Position numbers and translations under genes: made by a program
The notes under the pieces: generated by a model
What the model was told of the DNA's origin: nothing
Database searches by the model: none
What the model saw: the letters and a program-made list of their open reading frames with translations, nothing else
Part shown: in pieces, positions 32,090 through 39,581 of the stretch
Numbering within the stretch: position 1 is the stretch's first letter
Layout: each line of letters begins with the position of its first letter
Source: an uncultured Planctomycetaceae bacterium
Lineage (GTDB): Bacteria; Planctomycetota; Phycisphaerae; Phycisphaerales; Zrk34
Reading direction: 5' to 3'
Length of the DNA: 39,581 nt
Assembly: GCA_964595475.1 (NCBI GenBank)
Contig: CAZQQP010000001.1
Location: forward strand, 9,569 to 49,149

Positions 32090-33243
32090 CCCGATGGCTG
32101 GAGGACCTGCGGGCGGAGCTCGCCGCCCAGCGGTCACACGGGCTGTATCGATCGCTCCGGCCGACGGACCGTTGCGACCGCTGGGTGGAGCGGGACGGGC
32201 GGTCGCTGCTCAACCTCGCGAGCAACGACTACCTCGGGCTGGCGACGCACCCGACCCTATCCCACGCCGCGGCGGAGGCGGCCGAGCGGCGGGGAACCGG
32301 TGCGGGCGCCAGCCGGCTGATCAGCGGCCATCAGACGGCCCACCAGCGACTGGAGACACGCTTCGCGGCCTTCAAGCACGCGGAGGCGGCGTTGCTGCTG
32401 CCTGCCGGCTTTCTCGCGAACCTCGCGGTGCTCCGGACGCTCGCGGGTCCCGACGATCTCATCTGTCTCGATAAGCTGGACCACGCCAGCCTCATCGACG
32501 CGGCCCGGTCGACCGGCGCTCGCGTCCGCGCCTTCCCCCACGGCCATCTCTCGAAGCTCGAACGACAGCTCGACAGCGGCCGGGCCAACCGCCGACGCTT
32601 CATCGTGACGGACTCGGTCTTCTCAGTGGATGGAGACTGCGCCGACCTGCCGGCCCTCTGTCGCCTGCGGGACCGCTACGACGCCATTCTCGTCGTGGAC
32701 GACGCCCACGGAACGGGCGTCCTCGGTGAGACGGGCGGCGGCCTCGCCGAGCGACAAGGCGTCGCCGGCTCGGTCGACGTCACCGTCTCCACGGCGAGCA
32801 AGGCCCTCGGCTCCCTCGGCGGCCTCGTCACGGCGAACGCGCTGGTGGTGGAAGCGCTGATCAACTTCGCCCGGCCGTTCATCTACACGACGGCCGTCCC
32901 GCCGCCGCTGGTCGCGGCGATCGACGCGGCCCTGGACGTGGTCGAGGCGGAGCCGTGGCGGCGGCACCGTCTCGCGTCGCTCGCGGCGACGCTCCGCCGT
33001 CGGTTGCGAGAGCGCGGCTGGCCGATCCGAGACGACCCCACACCCATCGTCCCCGTTCCGCTCGGCGACGCGGAGGCGACGGTGGCGTGGTCGTCCCGCC
33101 TCGCCGACCACGGCTTTTACGCTCCCGCCATCCGCCCGCCCACGGTGCCGCCCGGCGGCGGTCGCCTCCGGCTCAGCCTCCGGGCGGACATGGCGGACGA
33201 GGACGTGGACCGCCTCGTCGCGGCGATCGGCGACCCGCCATAG
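32086..33243 (+). CDS. bioF: 8-amino-7-oxononanoate synthase (alpha-oxoamine synthase family)
   Basis: ATG 32086 overlaps the upstream stop (ATGA). Motifs: LNLASNDYLGLATHP, SGHQTAHQRLE, VVDDAHGTGVLGETGGG, and STASKALGSLGG (PLP lysine). A KBL-type paralogue cannot be excluded by eye. Confidence 0.8.
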   Translation: MTRWLEDLRAELAAQRSHGLYRSLRPTDRCDRWVERDGRSLLNLASNDYLGLATHPTLSHAAAEAAERRGTGAGASRLISGHQTAHQRLETRFAAFKHAEAALLLPAGFLANLAVLRTLAGPDDLICLDKLDHASLIDAARSTGARVRAFPHGHLSKLERQLDSGRANRRRFIVTDSVFSVDGDCADLPALCRLRDRYDAILVVDDAHGTGVLGETGGGLAERQGVAGSVDVTVSTASKALGSLGGLVTANALVVEALINFARPFIYTTAVPPPLVAAIDAALDVVEAEPWRRHRLASLAATLRRRLRERGWPIRDDPTPIVPVPLGDAEATVAWSSRLADHGFYAPAIRPPTVPPGGGRLRLSLRADMADEDVDRLVAAIGDPP

Positions 33244-33303
33244 TCGCTTGTCCGCGGTCGCCCATGGGACACGTGCCGGGGCGGGCGGGGAGAGACGGCG
33301 CTC

Positions 33304-34674
33304 CTACGACCGGGTGGGCGTGCCCCGGGGGCGGTGGCTGCGGATGAGGAGCTTGACGGGGACCTCGGGCATCCCGAGCCGCTCCCGCAGCCGATTGACG
33401 AGGAACCGCTGGTACTCCTGCCGGAACAGCGACGGCCGGTTGACGAAGAGCACGAAGGTGGGCGGACGGGTCGACGGCATGGTCGCGTAATAGATCTTGG
33501 CCTCCTCGCCGAGCCGGCCGGTGGGCCCCGGCTCGCGGAGGATCTCACGGATCGTCCGGTTCAGCTCGCCCGTCCCGACGCGACGGGTGGCCTGGTCGAA
33601 CAGCTCCCCCGCCGTCCGGATCGCCTCGTGGACGCCCTCGCCGGTCCGGCCGGAGACGAACGCGATCGGCGCCTCCCGCAGCCCGCCGAGCTCCTGGTTC
33701 AGGTACGCCACGTAGTCCTCGGGATCCACGCGGTCCTCCGCGAGATCCCACTTGTTGATGGCGACGACGCCCGGCTTGTGGTGCTCGAGGATCTCCTGGC
33801 TGAGGTGCTTGTCCACCTTGCTGACCTCGACCGTCGCGTCGATGAGGAAAAGCACCACGTCCGCCCGTCGGATGGACCGCAACGCCCGATGCGTGGCGTA
33901 GTACTCGACGTCGCTGGAGAGGCCCTGCCGCCGCCGCACGCCCGCGGTATCAATGGCGGTCAGCGTCCGCCCGTCCATCTGGAAGCGCACGTCCACGCTG
34001 TCGCGTGTGGTTCCCGGCAGCTCCGACGTGATCACCCGCTCGTCCTCGGCGAGCGTATTGACGAGCGTGCTCTTCCCCGCGTTCCGCTTGCCCACGATCG
34101 CCAGCCGCATCTCGCTGGGGCTCTCCTCGGCGGGCGGTCCCGCCGCCCGGAGATCCTCACAGAGCGTCCGGACCAGCGCCTCCCTGTTCCGCCCCGTCGT
34201 GGTGGACACGCACAGCGGCTCGCCGAAGCCGAGCGCCGCCGCTTCCATGGCCTCCGGCTCGTGGACGTCGTCGTCCACCTTGTTCGCGAGCAGACGCACG
34301 GGCTGTCGGCCCAGCGCCCGCTGCCGGAGAAGCTCCGCCACCCGCTCGTCGAGCGGGGTGACCCCGGCCCGGCCGTCGACGACGAAGAGCACCAGCGTGG
34401 CCTCGGCCACGGCCCCGGCGATCTGCTGCTCGATCGCCGCGGTGAGCGTGGAGAGCGTGGCGTCGTCCTGATACGCCCCGTAGCCGCCCGTATCGATCAG
34501 CTCGCAGGCGACGGGCGGCTCGTCGGGCGGGTCGAGCTCCACCTCGACGGCCACCCGATCCCGGGTGACACCCGCCGTCGGGTCGACGATGCTGATCCGC
34601 TGCCGGGCGAGCATGTTGAGAAGGCTGGACTTGCCCACGTTGGGCCGTCCGACGATGGCGACCTTCGGAAGCAT
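33304..34674 (-). CDS. der: Ribosome-biogenesis GTPase Der (EngA)
   Basis: Two tandem G domains are present (GRPNVGKSSLLN...DTGG; GKRNAGKSTLVN...DTAG...NKWD), followed by a KH-like C-terminus. Confidence 0.95.
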   Translation of the reverse strand: MLPKVAIVGRPNVGKSSLLNMLARQRISIVDPTAGVTRDRVAVEVELDPPDEPPVACELIDTGGYGAYQDDATLSTLTAAIEQQIAGAVAEATLVLFVVDGRAGVTPLDERVAELLRQRALGRQPVRLLANKVDDDVHEPEAMEAAALGFGEPLCVSTTTGRNREALVRTLCEDLRAAGPPAEESPSEMRLAIVGKRNAGKSTLVNTLAEDERVITSELPGTTRDSVDVRFQMDGRTLTAIDTAGVRRRQGLSSDVEYYATHRALRSIRRADVVLFLIDATVEVSKVDKHLSQEILEHHKPGVVAINKWDLAEDRVDPEDYVAYLNQELGGLREAPIAFVSGRTGEGVHEAIRTAGELFDQATRRVGTGELNRTIREILREPGPTGRLGEEAKIYYATMPSTRPPTFVLFVNRPSLFRQEYQRFLVNRLRERLGMPEVPVKLLIRSHRPRGTPTRS

Positions 34675-34716
34675 CGCTGGGCTCCTTCTCTCGCGTCGAC
34701 GCCGGTCGTTTCCGCG

Positions 34717-35406
34717 TCAGGCGTCTCCCTTCTCGCGCCGCCGCTGCTCCTCCGCCTCCGGCGGACGGACGTAGTGGGGCGTCAGCGTGGCCGGGCCCAC
34801 CTCGGCCGCCGACCCCGCTCGCTCCCGCCCCATCGACCACACGACGCGGCTCGACGGAACCGCCAGCGACGGGTCGACCAGGGTCACGTCCGCGGGCCAC
34901 TCGAAGCTCGACGGCTCGTCGCAGATCACCGTGCGTGGCCGCGGCGTCCGCTCGCCGAGCTCCGCCGGGCTCAGCAGCAGCGGCTCGGTCCGCGGAACCC
35001 ACCCGTTCGGGCCGGGGTCGAACACGCACGCGTAGCACTTGCCCCGCTTGGCGTTGATGCAGACGGCGGTGCGGCCCTCCGGCGAGACGTTCCGGACGAC
35101 GGCCTCGAGCGTGGGGACCGCCACCAGCCGGCTCCGAAGCGCCCGCGCCAACGCCTTGGCGGTCGTCACGGCGATCCGCAGGCCCGTGAACGACCCCGGG
35201 CCCACCGAGACATAGATCTCGCCGATCGCCCGCGGCCGAATCCGGTGAGCGCGGACCAACCCATCGACCGTGGGGACGAGCTGCATGGCGCGACGACGCT
35301 CCGCCGGCAGATCGACGGTCTCGACCACCTGCGCGTCACGGCCGAGGCTGACGCTGCCGATGCGCCCCGACGCCTCGATCGCAAGGCTGTAGAGCGATTC
35401 GCTCAT
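34717..35406 (-). CDS. tsaB: tRNA t6A37 threonylcarbamoyltransferase complex subunit TsaB
   Basis: ATG 35406. Motifs: LAIEASGRIGSVSL and IYVSVGPGSFTGLRIAVTTAKALARAL. Confidence 0.85.
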   Translation of the reverse strand: MSESLYSLAIEASGRIGSVSLGRDAQVVETVDLPAERRRAMQLVPTVDGLVRAHRIRPRAIGEIYVSVGPGSFTGLRIAVTTAKALARALRSRLVAVPTLEAVVRNVSPEGRTAVCINAKRGKCYACVFDPGPNGWVPRTEPLLLSPAELGERTPRPRTVICDEPSSFEWPADVTLVDPSLAVPSSRVVWSMGRERAGSAAEVGPATLTPHYVRPPEAEEQRRREKGDA

Positions 35407-35476
35407 GCGCTCGGGGGATCGGCTCCGAGGGATCGGGTGGCTCGCGGACCGGGAGCCGCGAGACGGGGCCGGCCCA

Positions 35477-36316
35477 TCACTTCGTCGGCGCCGCCCACTT
35501 GTTGTCGGGCCGCTGGTCTTCCGCGGAGCGGCCGTTGGCCGAGGCCGAGCTTCGCCGGGCGAACTCCAGCAGCTCCATCACGTGCATGTCGTCGCGACAC
35601 TCCGCCTCCAGGGCCGCGAGGGTCTCGAAGAGGTCGCCCCTCTGCCGTCCCCGGCGGCCGTAGGACGCGCGGTAGACCCGCTTCAGCCGGGCGATCGAGG
35701 CGCGGTCGAAGTTGTGCCGGTTCAGCCCCACCACGTTCAGCGCCCGCACGCGGGCGGGGTGGCCGTCGCAGACCATGAAGGGCGGGCAGTCGTGGACCAC
35801 GCCCGCCATCCCCCCGATGAACGCGTGCCGGCCCACCGTCACGTAGTGCGTGACGCCCGTGGTGCCGCTGATCACGGCGTGGTCGTGGACCGTGACGTGG
35901 CCCGCGAGCACCGCGTTGTTGGCGAGCACACAGTGGTTGCCGATGTGCGAGTCGTGGGCGATATGGCTGCCCACCATGACGAGACAGTGGGAGCCCAGAG
36001 TGGTCGTCCCGCCCCCGTTCTCGGTTCCGATGTGCATCGTCACGTGCTCGCGGATCTCGTTGCGATCCCCGATGATCAGCGACGTGGACTCCCCCTGGTA
36101 CTTCATGTCCTGCGGCGTCTGGCCGAGGGCGACGTGGTGGCCGATCCGATTGCCGGCGCCGATCTGGGTCCGGTTCTCGATCACCGTGTGGGCGCCGACG
36201 GAGGTGTCCTCCCCGATCACCACGTTCGCGCCGATGAGGCTGTAGGGCCCCACGCTCACCCCCTCGGCAAGCTCGGCGCGGCGATCGACGAGCGCTGTCG
36301 GATGGATATTCGGCAT
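35477..36316 (-). CDS. lpxA: Acyl-ACP--UDP-N-acetylglucosamine O-acyltransferase
   Basis: ATG 36316 (MPNIHPTALVD...). Left-handed beta-helix hexapeptide repeats are followed by the LpxA C-terminal helical region (GLNRHNFDRASIARLKRVYR). Confidence 0.93.
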   Translation of the reverse strand: MPNIHPTALVDRRAELAEGVSVGPYSLIGANVVIGEDTSVGAHTVIENRTQIGAGNRIGHHVALGQTPQDMKYQGESTSLIIGDRNEIREHVTMHIGTENGGGTTTLGSHCLVMVGSHIAHDSHIGNHCVLANNAVLAGHVTVHDHAVISGTTGVTHYVTVGRHAFIGGMAGVVHDCPPFMVCDGHPARVRALNVVGLNRHNFDRASIARLKRVYRASYGRRGRQRGDLFETLAALEAECRDDMHVMELLEFARRSSASANGRSAEDQRPDNKWAAPTK

Positions 36317-36437
36317 CGTCCCTGGTTCCTGCCAAGCGAGGCAGGGCGGCCCCGGCCACCCTTCGTCGGGCCGGATCGCGTCGCGGGCGATCCGGCGTTC
36401 CGCATCTCCGCCGACCTCCGGGTCGGCGGCCACCGAG

Positions 36438-37766
36438 CTAGTCCTCCTCCGCGTCCACGAGCATGAACTTGATCTGCGCCTCCGCCGCCGCGTGCGGACC
36501 GACGTACGCGTGACAACGCGTATGGCCCGAGCGGCTGCGGACCCGCATCGTCTCCGCCTCGATCAGGAGCTGATCTCCCGGGGTCACGGCTCGGCGAAGC
36601 TTGACTTTGTCCATCGCGAGAAGCACCGCCACCTTTCCCGTGTGCTCGAGCTTCCGGCTCAGCAGCACGCCCGACAGCTGGGCCATCGCCTCCACGATGA
36701 GGACCCCCGGCATGATGGGAGTGCCCGGGTAATGCCCGAGGAAGAACTCCTCGTTGATGGTAACATTCTTCACACCCACCGCACGGCGGTCGCCTTCCAC
36801 CTCCAGCACCCGGTCGATCAGGAGCATGGGGAAGCGATGGGGGAGGATCCGCTGGATCTGCTGGATGTCCACCACCCCGTCGCTCCGGAGCAGCTCGCCG
36901 CGCTCCTCCGTGGTCCACATGTCGGTCAGCCGGCGCACCAGCTCGTGATTGAGGGCGTGGCCCGACTTGTACGCGACGATGCGGCCGTGGATGGACCCGC
37001 CGAGCAGACAGAGGTCGCCGAGGAGGTCGAGGACCTTGTGGCGAACCATCTCGTCGTCGAAGCGAAGGCCGTTCTCCCCGAGCAAGCCGTCGTCCCCGAT
37101 GACGAGCACGTCCTCGGGGGTCAGGTGGGTCCCGATGCCCGCCGCCTGCAGCGCCTTCGCCTCCTCCATGAGGACGAAGGTTCTCGCGGGGGCGAGGCTG
37201 TGGACGAAGTCCCCGTTGTCCGAGCTGTAGGAGTACAGCTGCTTGGGGATCGGGCTGTCCGCCCCGTGATCGAGGTCGTACAGCAGCTCCATCCGCGGCT
37301 CCTCCGCGGGCAGCGCGGCGAGCATCGCGTCGCCGTCGCTGACGGTGACGGGCTCCCGCACCTTGAAGGACCGCCGGGCCTCCTTCAGCTCGCGAACACC
37401 GGCCTGAAGCAGCGTGTCCACGTAGGGCTGGGCGGACCCGTCGCCGCCGGGAAGCTCCGGACCCGTCACCTCCACCACCACATTGTCGACGCCGAGGCCC
37501 GCGAGCGCGCAGAGACAGTGCTCGCACGTCTCGATCGTGATCGAGCCGCGGCGGAGCGTGGTCCGCCGATCCCGCTCGGCCACCTGCGTGATGTGGGCGG
37601 GGATGGCGACCGGCTCGCCGTCGCTGGAGCCGTCCTTCCGGACGAAGACCACCCCGTGGTTGGCGGGCGCCGGCTTGAACCGGACCGTGGCCTCTTCACC
37701 CGTGAACAGCCCCCGTCCCGATAACGCGGCTGTGCCGGCGATCGTCTTCTGTGTCTCTTGAGCCAT
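36438..37766 (-). CDS. lpxC-fabZ: Bifunctional UDP-3-O-acyl-GlcNAc deacetylase / 3-hydroxyacyl-ACP dehydratase (LpxC-FabZ fusion)
   Basis: The preferred start is ATG 37766 (MAQETQKTIAGTAALSGRGLFTG; compare E. coli LpxC [21 protein letters not shown]). GTG 37829, which overlaps the lpxD stop, is the alternative. LpxC motifs: EHCLCAL, HKVLDLLGDL, SGHALN. FabZ motifs: LPHRFPMLLIDRV and FFLGHYPGTPIMPGVLIVEAMAQ. Confidence 0.9.
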   Translation of the reverse strand: MAQETQKTIAGTAALSGRGLFTGEEATVRFKPAPANHGVVFVRKDGSSDGEPVAIPAHITQVAERDRRTTLRRGSITIETCEHCLCALAGLGVDNVVVEVTGPELPGGDGSAQPYVDTLLQAGVRELKEARRSFKVREPVTVSDGDAMLAALPAEEPRMELLYDLDHGADSPIPKQLYSYSSDNGDFVHSLAPARTFVLMEEAKALQAAGIGTHLTPEDVLVIGDDGLLGENGLRFDDEMVRHKVLDLLGDLCLLGGSIHGRIVAYKSGHALNHELVRRLTDMWTTEERGELLRSDGVVDIQQIQRILPHRFPMLLIDRVLEVEGDRRAVGVKNVTINEEFFLGHYPGTPIMPGVLIVEAMAQLSGVLLSRKLEHTGKVAVLLAMDKVKLRRAVTPGDQLLIEAETMRVRSRSGHTRCHAYVGPHAAAEAQIKFMLVDAEED

Positions 37767-37825
37767 CGGGGTGGACGGGGGCGAGGTCTCCGCGGCGATG
37801 CCCTGCATCGTTCGGAACGGTCGGT

Positions 37826-38827
37826 TCACTCTTTCAGCCGCCGAACAAGATTGGGGAGTTTACGCACCGCCGCCATCTCCCGCAATGCGTCGCGGGCGTT
37901 GTGGGCGGGGTAGCCGAGCCAGGTGGCCCCCGCGGGGACGTCCTCCATGACGGCCGCGTAAGCGGCGAGCTCCGCACCCGCCCCCACCGTGACGTGGTCG
38001 CGGATGCCCACCTTGCCGCCAAGGACCGCCCCGTCCTCCACGGTCACGGAGCCGGCGAGGCCGGTCTGGGCGGCGATGACCACCCCCCGCCCGATCCGGC
38101 AGTTGTGGGCGATCTGAACCAGGTTGTCGAGCTTGGTCCCGTCGCCGATCTCCGTGGCGGAGAACTTGCCGCGATCGATGCAGGTGCCGGCGCCGATCTC
38201 CACGTCGCGGCCGATCCGGACGGTCCCGATCTGGGGCAGCTTCACCAGGCCTCCGCCGGAGGGGCGATAGCCGAAGCCGTCCGACCCGACGGTCACGTTG
38301 GGGTGGACGATCGCCCGTTCGCCGATCTCACAGCGCTCGCGGACCACCGTGCCGGGCCAGAAGACGCTCCCCTCGCCGACGCAGGTCTCGTCGAGGATCG
38401 TCACGTTCGAGTGAAGCACGGTGCCCTCGCCGAGCCGAACCCGCTCCCCCACAGTGCAGCCCGGCCCGATCCGGACGTCGGCCCCGAGCGACGCGGACGC
38501 TGCCACCGTCGCGGTCGGGTGGACGCCTTCAGCGGGGACGGGCGGGGCCGGCGCCAACGCCTCGAGGACCTGGGCCATGGCCAGGTCGACGCCGTCGACG
38601 AAGATCAACGGCCGGCCATCGTCGGTGTCGATCGACAGCCCCTGTTCCACCAGCGCGGCCGACGCGTGCGAGGCGGCCCACCGGCCCGCGAACTTCTCGT
38701 TGCCGATGAAGGTCAGCTCCCGCGGCCCCGCCCGGTCGAGCGTCTCCACGGACTCGATCCGTGTCTCGAGCGGCCCTCGGACCGTGCCTCCGACTCGCTC
38801 AGCGATCTCGCCGCACGTCAGCGCCAT
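37826..38827 (-). CDS. lpxD: UDP-3-O-acylglucosamine N-acyltransferase
   Basis: ATG 38827. The N-terminal LpxD domain (LTCGEIAERVGG...ELTFIGNEKF) is followed by hexapeptide repeats and GSDGFGY. Confidence 0.93.
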   Translation of the reverse strand: MALTCGEIAERVGGTVRGPLETRIESVETLDRAGPRELTFIGNEKFAGRWAASHASAALVEQGLSIDTDDGRPLIFVDGVDLAMAQVLEALAPAPPVPAEGVHPTATVAASASLGADVRIGPGCTVGERVRLGEGTVLHSNVTILDETCVGEGSVFWPGTVVRERCEIGERAIVHPNVTVGSDGFGYRPSGGGLVKLPQIGTVRIGRDVEIGAGTCIDRGKFSATEIGDGTKLDNLVQIAHNCRIGRGVVIAAQTGLAGSVTVEDGAVLGGKVGIRDHVTVGAGAELAAYAAVMEDVPAGATWLGYPAHNARDALREMAAVRKLPNLVRRLKE

Positions 38828-38836
38828 CGGCGACGA

Positions 38837-39505
38837 TCACTCCGAGCTACCCGAGCTACCGGAGCTACTGGAGCTACCGGAGCTACCGGAGCTACCCGAG
38901 CTACGGTTCTGATACTGGTTGTTCATCGTTTGGATCACGCGATCCGTGATGTTCAGCGAGTCGTCGGCGTAGAGCACCTTGCGAATGGCGATCTTCGCCG
39001 CCATCTGCTTCTCGGTCTGACTGTTGAGAGAGCGGAGGCGGTCCTTGTAGAGCACGAGGTCGTAGCCCGCGTCCTTGGCGATCTGCTCGATCGTGTCGAC
39101 CACCTTGCGGTACAGCGACTCCATCCGAAGGGCCTTCTCGCTGCGAAGCTGCCGCTGCTTGAACTTCCGCCAGGCCTTCAGGTTGATGGTCTTCTTCTCA
39201 AGCTTCGCCTTCGTCTTCTTGTAGGCGTCGGAATCGGGGGAGAGCACCTGCAAGTCGGAGCGGAGCTGCTTGATCTCCTGCTTTCGCCTCTGCTGCTCCT
39301 TCTGCAGGGACTCGGCCTGCGAGGTGATCTCCGCCTCGTAGTCCTCCTTCTGATCGAGGTTGTTGAACACCTTCTGGACGTCCACCACCGCCACCTTTGC
39401 CGGGCTCGGGCCCGCGTCATCCTGGCCGTGGAGACTGCCGACCACGCCCGCGAGCACAAGGCCGGAGCAGAGGGTCAGCGCTGTGAGCAGGGAGGGATGC
39501 CGCAT
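38837..39505 (-). CDS. skp: OmpH/Skp-family periplasmic chaperone with C-terminal Ser/Gly repeat
   Basis: ATG 39505 follows AAGGAG. After the signal peptide comes VAVVDVQKVFNNLDQ and a Lys/Glu/Gln-rich coiled coil typical of Skp. The position upstream of lpxD is classical. The tail reads RSSGSSGSSGSSSSSGSSGSSE. Confidence 0.85.
   Translation of the reverse strand: MRHPSLLTALTLCSGLVLAGVVGSLHGQDDAGPSPAKVAVVDVQKVFNNLDQKEDYEAEITSQAESLQKEQQRRKQEIKQLRSDLQVLSPDSDAYKKTKAKLEKKTINLKAWRKFKQRQLRSEKALRMESLYRKVVDTIEQIAKDAGYDLVLYKDRLRSLNSQTEKQMAAKIAIRKVLYADDSLNITDRVIQTMNNQYQNRSSGSSGSSGSSSSSGSSGSSE
38845..38907. repeat. 9-bp tandem repeat x7 (GAGCTACNN) inside the 3' end of skp
   Basis: The units are gagctaccc, gagctaccg, gagctactg, gagctaccg, gagctaccg, gagctaccc and gagctacgg. 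They are contiguous, in frame, and encode (Ser-Ser-Gly)n on the minus strand. Confidence 0.9.
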
Positions 39506-39581
39506 CGTCTGATCTCCTTTGAGAGTCGAGAGGCCACGGAAGAACCATCCAATGCCACGCGTCGTCCCCGGTCAACTCCGT

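Noticed and set aside
33334-35778. An 814-aa plus-strand ORF covering der, tsaB and part of lpxA.
   Set aside because: It is antisense to three strongly recognisable housekeeping genes. Its composition is dominated by Arg, Pro, Gly and Ala. It has no start context and no motifs.
38845-38907. The 9-bp tandem repeat considered as a CRISPR-like or intergenic repeat element.
   Set aside because: The units are contiguous with no spacers and are only 9 bp long. They lie in frame within skp and encode Ser-Ser-Gly. This is a coding microsatellite, not a CRISPR array.

Overview
This is a very GC-rich chromosomal segment that reads like core genome of a Planctomycetota-type bacterium. Three things point that way: a PSCyt/DUF1549/DUF1553 plus DUF1501 gene pair, an LpxC-FabZ fusion, and several lipoproteins with long Lys/Glu/Ala/Ser linkers. 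I can support 34 protein-coding genes. They are: dnaK (5'-truncated); a periplasmic redox group (cytochrome b562-like protein, PQQ-like beta-propeller, di-haem cytochrome c peroxidase, and an azurin 6 kb further on); a CdaZ-type diadenylate cyclase; an MFS / sucrose-phosphate-phosphatase-like / sucrose-phosphate-synthase-like array; parB with two identical parS sites; the PSD1/DUF1501 pair; comEC; an orphan mraZ; a secreted clan-CD (legumain/caspase-like) protein followed by an exported methyltransferase fusion and recX; recO; hisD-hisC-hisB; an HU/IHF gene coupled to bioF; and a long minus-strand array skp-lpxD-lpxC/fabZ-lpxA-tsaB-der. I found no rRNA, tRNA, CRISPR array, transposase or integrase. 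The many long ORFs antisense to these genes are high-GC artefacts. I do not see a convincing new multi-gene system such as a defence island. The least explained sequence falls in four places. (1) A 1.34 kb gene-free tract between parB and the PSD1 gene, of which only about 300 nt is accounted for by the parS pair. (2) A 340-nt untranslated tail after mraZ that ends in a strong terminator 15 nt before the comEC start. (3) A 42-nt AT-rich rare-codon island inside the parB HTH. (4) The tightly packed clan-CD peptidase / exported methyltransferase / recX array. All calls come from reading translations and motifs by eye. No database search, folding or statistics program was run, and family names are recognition-level assignments. 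The supplied ORF track uses GTG as well as ATG starts, and several starts were re-chosen.
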